A stretch of 64,000 nucleotides of DNA, taken from assembly GCA_046704385.1 (NCBI GenBank), contig JBJKSB010000021.1, positions 145,269 to 209,268 on the forward strand, read 5' to 3'. Both the position numbers and the translations under genes were made by a program. Source of the stretch: Bacteroidales bacterium (GTDB lineage Bacteria; Bacteroidota; Bacteroidia; Bacteroidales; SZUA-534). Shown piece by piece: positions 18,426 to 26,744 of the stretch (position 1 is its first letter; each line of letters starts with the position of its first letter). Below the pieces are notes generated by a model. It was given only the letters and a program-made list of their open reading frames with translations, had not been told where the DNA came from and did not search any database.

Positions 18426-19064
18426 ATGAATATAAATGAAATAGCAAAAAACGTCGCCGGTGATTTATTGCAAATAAAAGCAATAAAACTTTCTCCGGCA
18501 AGTCCATTTACTTGGGCTTCGGGCATAAAATCACCAATATATTGTGATAACCGTAAAACCCTTTCGTATCCTGAGGTTCGGACCTATGTGTGTGATGCAT
18601 TTGTTGAAACTGTAAAGCAGTTATATCCAACAGTTGATGTGATTGCCGGGGTGGCAACCGGAGCAATTGCCCAAGGCGTTTTGGTGGCCGAGGCTATGAA
18701 TAAACCTTTTGTTTATGTGCGTTCCGATGCCAAAAAGCACGGGTTGGAAAACCTTGTGGAAGGCTACCTGGAAAAAGGTCAGTCGGTTGTGGTTATTGAG
18801 GATTTAATTTCAACCGGAGGAAGCAGCCTGAAAGCCGTTGAAGCTCTGCGCAATGCAGGTGCAATTGTGTTGGGGCTAATCGCTATTTTTACCTACGGGT
18901 TTGAGGAGGCTGAGGAAAACTTCAGAAATGCCGGTTGTAAATTTAATACGCTAAGTAATTATGAAATTTTGCTTCAAAAAGCGTTGGAGATTGGATACAT
19001 AAACCAGGATGAAATCGAAATTCTTAAGCAATGGCGAAAAAGTCCAAAAACCTGGGGTGTTTAA
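18426..19064 (+). CDS. pyrE: Orotate phosphoribosyltransferase
   Basis: FTWASGIKSPIYCDNR and the PRPP-binding loop VVVIEDLISTGGSS. Start moved to MNINEIAK at 18426. Confidence 0.93.
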   Translation: MNINEIAKNVAGDLLQIKAIKLSPASPFTWASGIKSPIYCDNRKTLSYPEVRTYVCDAFVETVKQLYPTVDVIAGVATGAIAQGVLVAEAMNKPFVYVRSDAKKHGLENLVEGYLEKGQSVVVIEDLISTGGSSLKAVEALRNAGAIVLGLIAIFTYGFEEAEENFRNAGCKFNTLSNYEILLQKALEIGYINQDEIEILKQWRKSPKTWGV

Positions 19065-19081
19065 ATTAAATTATCAGTAAA

Positions 19082-19480
19082 GTGGAAATTGTAAGCAGAA
19101 TAGGAAAAATAGAGGCCAACGAAGAGAAAATATTTACGTTGTTATCTGATTTTACAAACCTTGGTGATTATATCCCCCGGGACAAAGTTTCCGATTTTCA
19201 GTCGGACATAGACAGTTGCAGCTTTTCAGTTGAGAAGGTTGGGAAATTCGGTATGCGTATTATTGAAAGGGAACCATTTAAGCTGGTTAAAATAGCCAAT
19301 GATCAAAACGTACCCTTTCAGTTTAATATGTGGATTCAGTTAAAAAAAGTTGATGAACTTGATACGCGGGTAAAAATTACCCTTCGGGCCGATTTGAATC
19401 CCATGTTAAAAATGGTGGCAAAAAAACCGCTGACTACTTTGGTGGATACGTTGCTTGACCGGCTTGAGCAAATCAGGTAG
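19082..19480 (+). CDS. SRPBCC-superfamily (polyketide cyclase/CoxG-like) small protein
   Basis: 132 aa with GTG start. The layout and motifs (KIFTLLSDFTNLGDYIP ... VKITLRADLNPMLKMVAKKPL) are typical of SRPBCC ligand-binding folds. Confidence 0.6.
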   Translation: MEIVSRIGKIEANEEKIFTLLSDFTNLGDYIPRDKVSDFQSDIDSCSFSVEKVGKFGMRIIEREPFKLVKIANDQNVPFQFNMWIQLKKVDELDTRVKITLRADLNPMLKMVAKKPLTTLVDTLLDRLEQIR

Positions 19481-20218
19481 TTACATTACAAATTCAACTT
19501 CTTTAAAGTAGAACGATTTGAATTCACCTTGGGGTGTTTTTAAGTTTAATCTGCCGTCATTATCAACTGAAAGTATTTTGGCGTGAATTATATCATCATT
19601 TACCTTAAAGTCGTGGTAATCGGTATTGCGATATAAGTGAGAGAAATAAGATTCATTAATTTTGTCAAAAAAGCCTTCGCACAGCATTTCATACCAGATA
19701 TTTATCTGGTTTAAAACCTTATTTATAGTTTCAATCCTGTTAAAGTCCTTTTTAAATATAATTTTCAGTGAAATGGGATTGGGCGCATTACTTTTAAAGA
19801 CATCCTGATTCACATTTAAACCTATTCCAACGAGGACGTAGTCAAGCTTATTTCCCAATAACTGATTTTCTATCAAAATACCCCCGACTTTTTTATCCAT
19901 ATAATAAATATCGTTGGGCCACTTAATGGTAAATTGTTTGCCCTGATTTATAAGAAAGTCAATAATTCCAAGTGAAACAGCTTTTGAAACCATAAATAAT
20001 TCATCTGTTTTTAAAAAAGCAGGTCGTAATAAAAGACTAAAAGTAAGGTTTTTCCCGGATTCGCTTTCCCAGGTATTTGTGCCGGTACCCCGGCCTTTTT
20101 TCTGGTGGTTGGCTAATACCACAAAACCTTCGGGTAATTCGTCTTCAACAGCGAGTTTTTTTAAGTGGTCGTTTGTTGAGCTAACTTCCTTAATTTCAAT
20201 TATGTTGATGGCTTCCAT
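19481..20218 (-). CDS. birA: Biotin--[acetyl-CoA-carboxylase] ligase (group I, no HTH)
   Basis: GRGTGTNTWES (GRGRxGR.W-type) motif, KWPNDIY and GGILIE. Confidence 0.88.
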   Translation of the reverse strand: MEAINIIEIKEVSSTNDHLKKLAVEDELPEGFVVLANHQKKGRGTGTNTWESESGKNLTFSLLLRPAFLKTDELFMVSKAVSLGIIDFLINQGKQFTIKWPNDIYYMDKKVGGILIENQLLGNKLDYVLVGIGLNVNQDVFKSNAPNPISLKIIFKKDFNRIETINKVLNQINIWYEMLCEGFFDKINESYFSHLYRNTDYHDFKVNDDIIHAKILSVDNDGRLNLKTPQGEFKSFYFKEVEFVM

Positions 20219-20231
20219 AAATTTATCTGAG

Positions 20232-20876
20232 TTAAATGCTGATTAATTTGTTCTTTATAGCGTACATAATTAAGTTGGCAGTATTCTTCGAATTTGTCTT
20301 GCTAAGAAGATTAGCCCGGTGTTTATCGACGGTTCGTTTACTTATAAATAAATTATCAGCAATTTCCTGGTTCGACAATCCCTTGCATATTTCTTCGAGC
20401 ACCTGTAGTTCCCTTTTTGACAACGCGGCAGCTTCATCCACGGGTTCTTTATGAGGTTTGAAGTTTTTAATTACATTATACAACAGCTCCTGCGAAAAAT
20501 AGCTGTTCCCCAACTGAACCTGTTTTATGGCTTCAATAACTTCATTAATTTCTGAATTTTTTAATAAAAATCCTTTTACTCCGGCGTTAATCATTTTATA
20601 GTAATATTCCTCCTCGCCAAACATCGATAAAGCTATAACCTTAACTTCGGGATATTTTCCATTAACAAGTTCTGTGGCTTCAATGCCATCCATTACGGGC
20701 ATACTAATATCCATCAACACCACATCAGGTAAATGCGATTCAATATTTTCAATAAAATCTTTACCATTGGTCGCTTCAAGTACAACCTTCATATCCGGGT
20801 TTGAGTCAAGTAATATTTTTAACCCATTTCTGAAAAGTGCATGGTCATCAACCAGTGCTATTTTAATTTTTTTCAT
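20232..20876 (-). CDS. NarL/LuxR-family response regulator
   Basis: REC domain (VDDH...DVVLMDISMPVMDG) plus a C-terminal LuxR HTH (LSKRELQVLEEICKGLSNQEIADNLFISKRTVDKHR). Confidence 0.92.
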   Translation of the reverse strand: MKKIKIALVDDHALFRNGLKILLDSNPDMKVVLEATNGKDFIENIESHLPDVVLMDISMPVMDGIEATELVNGKYPEVKVIALSMFGEEEYYYKMINAGVKGFLLKNSEINEVIEAIKQVQLGNSYFSQELLYNVIKNFKPHKEPVDEAAALSKRELQVLEEICKGLSNQEIADNLFISKRTVDKHRANLLSKTNSKNTANLIMYAIKNKLISI

Positions 20877-20918
20877 AAGCTCAAACTCCAGGTTTACTTA
20901 CCTGATTATTAGCGATAT

Positions 20919-21884
20919 TTAATTTAGCCGGACTTTAATTAACGCATTGATACCTTCTCCAGGTGCACTATTTATGACAAAAATTCCATTTATTGACTTC
21001 ACTCTCGATGAGATATTTTGAAATCCCATACCTTTAATCTGACTATCCTCAGTTATTTTAGTGTCAAAACCCGACCCATCATCATGAAACTGAATGGTCA
21101 AAGTTCGTAAATGTTTTGAAATATTAATAGAAATGTTTTTGGCATTTGCATGTTTTAAGGTATTATTTATCAGTTCGCAGGTTGTCCGGTACAAAATTAT
21201 TTCAGCATTAGCATTAAATCTTTCATTTTCCATATTACTCAGTAACTCAATCTGAACCCCTTGAGCCTGATTAATTTTATGTGTGAAATTTTTAAGAGCA
21301 CTAACCAGCCCAAAATTAGTAAGTACATGCGGACTTAAGTTATTTGATATTTCCTTAATACTTGTAATAGCCTCGTTTATAACAACATTGGTATTTTCGA
21401 GAATATTTTTGCTATTGGGTTGTGTCTCAATATTTAATAATGCCGAAATCGACATTTTTACCGTTGAAAGCAATGGGCCAAGACCGTCGTGTAAATCCTT
21501 GGCAAACCTTCTTCGTTCCTTTTCCTCGGTTTGTATTATGGCATTTAAAAGTCTTTTTTCAGATCGGTTACGGTCAAGTTCTGCTTTTTTAAGCGAATAA
21601 AATATTTCTCCAATCAGAAATACCCCGGCCGTAAAAAAGAAAGAAATAATTACTGCCAGCCAATCATCAGCCATAGTCAGGTAAAATGAAAAATCATCTT
21701 CTAAAAATTGAATTAATTTTATCGATCGCCGGATGGCCATTAACAGGAACCCCAGTGAAATAAGCACCCATGATGCCCGGTATTTGGTTACCCGCATCAG
21801 GCGAAGTGCAAAAATAGCCGCGATTACCTGAAGTACTATTGAAATTAACAGAGCTACTAACCGGAGCATAAATTTTTTTATCAA
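20919..21884 (-). CDS. Sensor histidine kinase (HisKA_3/NarX-type, membrane-embedded sensing)
   Basis: Three N-terminal TM helices, an H-box ERRRFAKDLHDGLGPLL, and an HATPase_c domain (DDGSGF, GMGFQNISSRV). Sits directly upstream of the cognate LuxR-type response regulator. Confidence 0.88.
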   Translation of the reverse strand: MIKKFMLRLVALLISIVLQVIAAIFALRLMRVTKYRASWVLISLGFLLMAIRRSIKLIQFLEDDFSFYLTMADDWLAVIISFFFTAGVFLIGEIFYSLKKAELDRNRSEKRLLNAIIQTEEKERRRFAKDLHDGLGPLLSTVKMSISALLNIETQPNSKNILENTNVVINEAITSIKEISNNLSPHVLTNFGLVSALKNFTHKINQAQGVQIELLSNMENERFNANAEIILYRTTCELINNTLKHANAKNISINISKHLRTLTIQFHDDGSGFDTKITEDSQIKGMGFQNISSRVKSINGIFVINSAPGEGINALIKVRLN

Positions 21885-22106
21885 AAATAAACATATAATA
21901 ATTTAAAAGCTTTTTATTGCTTATAAAAAGAAGTTTTTGATTCGGATTTGTACTGTCAAATTTTCTTTTAATAACCGAATTTTTTCATATTTGGCAGTAA
22001 ATAATTCTTCATGGGCTCTTTAATTATTTAATTTTGATAGCTGTATCAATCAGGCATTGATTTTGATACCAAATTGGGTTTGATTAAAAACAATAACAAA
22101 ATTCAT

Positions 22107-22114
22107 TACCTTTG
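22107..22114 (+). promoter_or_regulatory. Candidate -7 promoter box (TACCTTTG) for the rsfS-ftsH operon
   Basis: TAnnTTTG match 17 nt upstream of the rsfS ATG at 22131. Confidence 0.5.
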
Positions 22115-22130
22115 GGGCAAATATTTTTTT

Positions 22131-22496
22131 ATGACTGACAAAAGTGAGCAAACAATATTAAAAGACGTTATAGTTGAAGCAATAAAGAATAAAAAAGGAA
22201 AAGAATTAATAGTTTTAGATTTAAGGAAACTTGATCAATCTGTGGCCGATTATTTTGTAATTTGCCATGGCGATTCAAACACCCAGGTAAATGCAGTATC
22301 TGATTCTGTCGATCGCCAGACAAGAAGTGAATTACAAACCCATCCGTTACATATTGAAGGAGCACAAAACGCACATTGGATACTACTTGATTACGGATCA
22401 GTGGTAGTGCACGTTTTTCAGGAAGAATTTCGCCGGTTTTACAATCTTGAAGATTTATGGGCCGATGCAAAAAAAGAGATACACAACGAAGATTAA
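22131..22496 (+). CDS. rsfS: Ribosome silencing factor
   Basis: DYFVICHG.S..QV.A and WILLDYGSVVVHVFQEE.R.FY.LE.LW. Start moved to MTDKSEQ at 22131. Confidence 0.9.
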   Translation: MTDKSEQTILKDVIVEAIKNKKGKELIVLDLRKLDQSVADYFVICHGDSNTQVNAVSDSVDRQTRSELQTHPLHIEGAQNAHWILLDYGSVVVHVFQEEFRRFYNLEDLWADAKKEIHNED

Positions 22497-22517
22497 TTTA
22501 TCATATTATCACACTAA

Positions 22518-24584
22518 ATGAGCGACGAAAAACAAAATAAAAATGATTTAGGATTTGGTCCAAAACCGGGAAACAAGGATCAAAAGGGAAATGATAAAAA
22601 GCCAAAATTCAATATTACCTGGATTTATGCCATTATTGTAATTATTATAATTGGAATGATGATTTTTCCATATGGAAATCAACCTAAAGAAATCTTGTGG
22701 GACAGGTTTGAGAATAATATGCTGAAAACCCATGCTGTTGAAAAAATAGAAGTAGTAAACGGAGACAGAGTCGAAATATATATAAAACCCGATAGGCTGA
22801 ATGACCCTGAATTCAAGGATATAGAGAACAATAAACCTTCGGCAATGGGAGTTCAGTCGGCTCAGTATTTCATGACCATAGCATCAGTTGATCGTTTTGG
22901 TGAACAACTCGATGAGGCTATGAAAGGTTTTGAACCCTCCGACAGAGTTCCGGTACGCTATGTAAAACGCGATAACCATATGGACTGGATTGTTAGCTGG
23001 GTAATTTTCCCATTGGTATTGATAGGAGTTTGGTTATTTATTTTCAGGCGTATGGCCGGGCCTAACGGTGCCGGTAGCCAGATTTTCAATATAGGTAAGT
23101 CGAAGGCTAAAATTTTTGACAAAGAAGGAGCCGAAGTTAAGGTCGATTTTAAAGATGTTGCCGGTTTGGAGGAGGCCAAAATTGAAATTAAGGAAATTGT
23201 CGACTTCCTGAAAACGCCTGAAAAATATACCCAGTTAGGAGGAAAAATCCCTAAAGGGGCATTGCTTGTTGGACCTCCCGGAACCGGGAAAACTTTGTTG
23301 GCAAAAGCGGTTGCCGGTGAAGCACATGTACCTTTCTTTTCCATGTCGGGTTCCGATTTTGTTGAAATGTTTGTCGGTGTGGGTGCATCAAGGGTGCGCG
23401 ATTTGTTTAAACAGGCAAAAGAAAAAGCTCCCTGTATTATATTTATTGATGAAATTGATGCCATCGGCCGTGCCCGTGGACGAAATGCCAATTGGGGTTC
23501 GAATGATGAGCGCGAGAATACCTTAAACCAGTTGCTTACCGAAATGGATGGTTTTGGTACCAATAGCGGAGTTATCATACTTGCAGCTACAAACCGGGCT
23601 GATATTCTTGACCGGGCCTTGTTGCGTGCCGGACGTTTCGACAGACAGATTCATGTGGAATTACCCGATTTGAACGAGCGTAAGGAAATTTTTAAAGTTC
23701 ATATGCGCCCATTGAAAAAACTTGGACCACAGGTAAGTCCGGAATTTTTAGCCAAACAAACACCGGGTTTTTCCGGGGCCGATATCGCAAATGTTACAAA
23801 TGAGGCCGCTTTAATTGCAGCCCGGCAAAATAAAGACAAGGTTGAAAAACAGGACTTTTTAGATGCCATTGATCGTATTATCGGCGGATTGGAAAAGAAA
23901 AACAAAATAATTTCAACAGAAGAGAAAAAAACCATTGCTTATCATGAAGCCGGTCATGCCACGGTTAGTTGGATTTTGGAACATGCAAACCCGTTGATCA
24001 AGGTAACCATTGTTCCTCGTGGACAAGCCTTGGGTGCAGCCTGGTATTTGCCGGAAGAGCGCCAGTTGACAACCACGGAACAGATGCTCGATGAAATGTG
24101 TTCTGCCTTGGGTGGTAGAGCAGCCGAAGAATTATTTTTTAATAAAATTTCTACCGGGGCACTAAACGATCTTGAAAAAGTAACCAAACAGGCTTATGCC
24201 ATGGTTTCCTATTTTGGAATGAGCGATAAAATTGGTAACCGGAGTTATTATGATTCATCAGGTCAAAACGAATATTCATTCTCAAAACCTTATAGCGAGG
24301 AAACTGCTAAGGTAATTGACGAGGAAGCCAAAAGAATAATTGACGAATCCTATAAAAGAGCAAAGGATTTATTGAAAAAATATAAAAAAGGGCATAACCA
24401 GTTGGCAGAGCTGTTGCTGGAACGCGAGGTGTTATTTGCTGAAGATTTGCAGAAAATACTGGGCCCCAGGCCAAATGGTAAAACACCGGTTTCAATGGAT
24501 GAGGATAAGGTTGATCAGGTAGAAGAGAAACCAGTTGATATTGCTGCTGAAAATAAAGTAGAAGATACCACGTCTGAAGTATAA
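22518..24584 (+). CDS. ftsH: ATP-dependent zinc metalloprotease FtsH
   Basis: Walker A GPPGTGKT, Walker B IIFIDEIDA, SRH, and zinc site HEAGHA; 688 aa. Confidence 0.98.
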   Translation: MSDEKQNKNDLGFGPKPGNKDQKGNDKKPKFNITWIYAIIVIIIIGMMIFPYGNQPKEILWDRFENNMLKTHAVEKIEVVNGDRVEIYIKPDRLNDPEFKDIENNKPSAMGVQSAQYFMTIASVDRFGEQLDEAMKGFEPSDRVPVRYVKRDNHMDWIVSWVIFPLVLIGVWLFIFRRMAGPNGAGSQIFNIGKSKAKIFDKEGAEVKVDFKDVAGLEEAKIEIKEIVDFLKTPEKYTQLGGKIPKGALLVGPPGTGKTLLAKAVAGEAHVPFFSMSGSDFVEMFVGVGASRVRDLFKQAKEKAPCIIFIDEIDAIGRARGRNANWGSNDERENTLNQLLTEMDGFGTNSGVIILAATNRADILDRALLRAGRFDRQIHVELPDLNERKEIFKVHMRPLKKLGPQVSPEFLAKQTPGFSGADIANVTNEAALIAARQNKDKVEKQDFLDAIDRIIGGLEKKNKIISTEEKKTIAYHEAGHATVSWILEHANPLIKVTIVPRGQALGAAWYLPEERQLTTTEQMLDEMCSALGGRAAEELFFNKISTGALNDLEKVTKQAYAMVSYFGMSDKIGNRSYYDSSGQNEYSFSKPYSEETAKVIDEEAKRIIDESYKRAKDLLKKYKKGHNQLAELLLEREVLFAEDLQKILGPRPNGKTPVSMDEDKVDQVEEKPVDIAAENKVEDTTSEV

Positions 24585-24782
24585 ATGGAGAAAAACTGGA
24601 CGTTAATTTACTCAACGGGTCAATTATACCTGGCCGAAATGGTTAAAAGTATAATTGAAGATAATGGATTTGAGGTAGTTGTAATTAACAAGCAGGATTC
24701 ATTTTATTTATTTGGTGATATTGAAGTATATGTAAGGCCCGATGACGTGATTCGGGCCAAATTTTTGATCAAAGATATTTAA
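24585..24782 (+). CDS. Small DUF2007-like (putative signal-transducing) protein
   Basis: 65 aa. The ATG abuts the ftsH stop. The pattern (W..IYST..LY.AEMVKSILEDNGFEV...NKQDS...G.IEVYV) resembles DUF2007. Confidence 0.6.
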   Translation: MEKNWTLIYSTGQLYLAEMVKSIIEDNGFEVVVINKQDSFYLFGDIEVYVRPDDVIRAKFLIKDI

Positions 24783-24784
24783 TT

Positions 24785-25597
24785 GTGAGCAACTTTTGGC
24801 AACGTTCGGTTACCGGATTATTCTTCGTAATAGCCTTGATTGTTGGTGTTTTGTGGAATCCTGTATCATTTTTTGTGCTTTTTCTGATTATTGAAATTCT
24901 TGCCTTAAGAGAATTTTACCGCCTGGCTTTACACCATCACTCCCGTCCTCAAAAATATTACGGAAGTGTTTTGGGAGCAGCTGCTTTTATTGCAGGTTTT
25001 CTGTGGCATTTATTGGATTATGGATGGTATTTTAGTCTCCTGTTAATACCGATGATATCTTTCATTTTTATTTTTGAACTTTACCGGAATCATAAGCATC
25101 CTATTTTGAATATTGCTTCTACATTAATGGGGATATTCTATGTTTCCATCCCGATGATGCTATTAAATCATATTGTATATCTTAGGAATGAATTTGATGG
25201 CAAGATTTTACTTGGGGTTTTTATCCTGATATGGGCCAGTGACACCGGAGCTTATTTGTTTGGAGTTACCCTGGGCAGGAACCGGTTATTTGAACGGATT
25301 TCGCCAAAAAAATCATGGGAAGGATTCATTGGTGGAATTATTATAGCACAGGTGGTGGCCCTGGTTTTATCCAAATATTGGGGATCGCTTGAGTATTTAC
25401 ATTGGAGTGTGCTGGCGGCAATTACAGCTGTTATAGGCACCCTGGGTGATTTAGTTGAATCGATGATGAAACGCAGTGTTGGATTAAAAGATTCGGGGAA
25501 TTTGCTTCCAGGTCACGGTGGAATTTTGGATAGATTTGATAGTTTTTTATTTACAATTCCTGTTATTTTTACATATTTGTATTTTTTTATAAGGTAG
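24785..25597 (+). CDS. cdsA: Phosphatidate cytidylyltransferase
   Basis: Polytopic membrane protein with the CDS signature SDTGAY..G...G....ISPKKSWEG and K.SG.LLPGHGGILDRFDS. GTG start. Confidence 0.9.
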   Translation: MSNFWQRSVTGLFFVIALIVGVLWNPVSFFVLFLIIEILALREFYRLALHHHSRPQKYYGSVLGAAAFIAGFLWHLLDYGWYFSLLLIPMISFIFIFELYRNHKHPILNIASTLMGIFYVSIPMMLLNHIVYLRNEFDGKILLGVFILIWASDTGAYLFGVTLGRNRLFERISPKKSWEGFIGGIIIAQVVALVLSKYWGSLEYLHWSVLAAITAVIGTLGDLVESMMKRSVGLKDSGNLLPGHGGILDRFDSFLFTIPVIFTYLYFFIR

Positions 25598-25625
25598 ATA
25601 TTTCACAAATATTTATTCATTTTGC

Positions 25626-26294
25626 ATGAAAATTCATAAAGCCGGTTACGGGGTAATTCTTATCCTTCTGTTTATTGAGTTATTATTGGGTGGGTTATTA
25701 AGTATGATGCAGATAACCCCTGCTTTATTTTACTCTGCTATTGCAATATTGCTGTTGCTACTCATTTTTGTGGTCAGATTTTTTAGATTTCCTGATAGAA
25801 ATATAACTTTTACCGGAAATCAAATTGTTGCTCCTGCTGATGGAAAGGTGGTTGTGATCGAGGAGGTGAATGAAGACGAGTTTATTAAAGAAAAAAGAAT
25901 TCAGATATCCATATTCATGTCGGTTTGGAATGTCCATATTAACTGGCTTCCTGTGTTGGGCAAAGTGGTTCAGTCTCTTCATTTTGATGGACGTTATATG
26001 GCGGCCTGGCTTCCGAAATCATCTTCTGAAAACGAAAGGGCCGTTGTGGTAATTGAATCGATGAATTGGGGTAAAATTTTGGTAAAACAGATAGCGGGAG
26101 CTATGGCACGAAGAATTATTACCTATGCTAAAGAGAATGATGAAGTTAAACCTGGCAATCAGTTGGGTTTTATTCGGTTTGGTTCGCGGGTTGACGTGTT
26201 GATTCCGGTAAATTCTGATATAAAAGTAGAGTTGAATCAAAAGGTAACAGGGGGTTTGACAATTCTTGCCGAACTTACCGAATACATATCATAA
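25626..26294 (+). CDS. psd: Phosphatidylserine decarboxylase (short archaetidylserine-decarboxylase-like type)
   Basis: N-terminal TM helices, PADGKVV, and a FGSRVDV motif containing the GS self-cleavage site. Follows cdsA. Confidence 0.88.
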   Translation: MKIHKAGYGVILILLFIELLLGGLLSMMQITPALFYSAIAILLLLLIFVVRFFRFPDRNITFTGNQIVAPADGKVVVIEEVNEDEFIKEKRIQISIFMSVWNVHINWLPVLGKVVQSLHFDGRYMAAWLPKSSSENERAVVVIESMNWGKILVKQIAGAMARRIITYAKENDEVKPGNQLGFIRFGSRVDVLIPVNSDIKVELNQKVTGGLTILAELTEYIS

Positions 26295-26357
26295 AAAATA
26301 CTGTTCATTTATTGGAAAAAAAAGTGCAATTAGTTTTCTTAATTTCACAGAGAAGTA

Positions 26358-26365
26358 TAAATTTG
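26358..26365 (+). promoter_or_regulatory. Candidate -7 promoter box (TAAATTTG) for the ferredoxin gene
   Basis: TAnnTTTG match 32 nt upstream of the ATG at 26397. Confidence 0.5.
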
Positions 26366-26396
26366 CGGCTTAATTAATAATCAAAATTATTCGGAT

Positions 26397-26567
26397 ATGG
26401 CTTATAAAATAACTGAAGATTGTATAGCTTGCGGAAACTGTATTACAGAATGTGCAACTGAAGCTATCTCTGAAGGTGATATCTATGTTATTGACCCAGA
26501 TTCTTGTACAGATTGCGCTACCTGCGTTGAAATTTGTCCGGTTGAGTGCATAGTACCAGCAGAGTAA
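26397..26567 (+). CDS. 2x[4Fe-4S] ferredoxin (56 aa; below the ORF-track size cutoff)
   Basis: Hand translation gives MAYKITEDCIACGNCITECATEAISEGDIYVIDPDSCTDCATCVEICPVECIVPAE, which carries two CxxCxxCxxxC(P) clusters. It has its own promoter box and terminator. Confidence 0.88.
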   Translation: MAYKITEDCIACGNCITECATEAISEGDIYVIDPDSCTDCATCVEICPVECIVPAE

Positions 26568-26590
26568 GAATAAAAGAAATTTTTAAATAA

Positions 26591-26620
26591 AAAGCCCACT
26601 GTTTAGTTGGGCTTTTTATT
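26591..26620 (+). terminator. Rho-independent terminator after the ferredoxin gene
   Basis: AAAGCCCA-CTGTTTAG-TTGGGCTTT hairpin followed by TTATTTGTTT. Confidence 0.75.
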
Positions 26621-26703
26621 TGTTTGGTCATTAGCATGTTAACATTAATGTAATGATTATTTAATTTTGCTGTCTTTTCAAAATATAATGATCAAATAAA
26701 TTA

Positions 26704-26711
26704 TATCTTTG
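26704..26711 (+). promoter_or_regulatory. Candidate -7 promoter box (TATCTTTG) for the CapD-like gene
   Basis: TAnnTTTG match 34 nt upstream of the ATG at 26745. Confidence 0.45.
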
Positions 26712-26744
26712 TCGAGTGTCAACTAGCTGATATCTTAGTCCCGA

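Noticed and set aside
22958-23578. Long antisense 'shadow' ORFs in the six-frame track. Examples are 206 aa antisense to ftsH, 222 aa at 33942-34610 antisense to dnaE, 161 aa at 39111-39596, 141 aa at 43956-44381, and 116 aa at 279-629.
   Set aside because: Each lies fully inside a confidently recognised gene on the opposite strand or in another frame. Each has skewed, low-complexity composition (S/P/F/I-rich) and no recognisable motifs. They are typical non-coding shadows.
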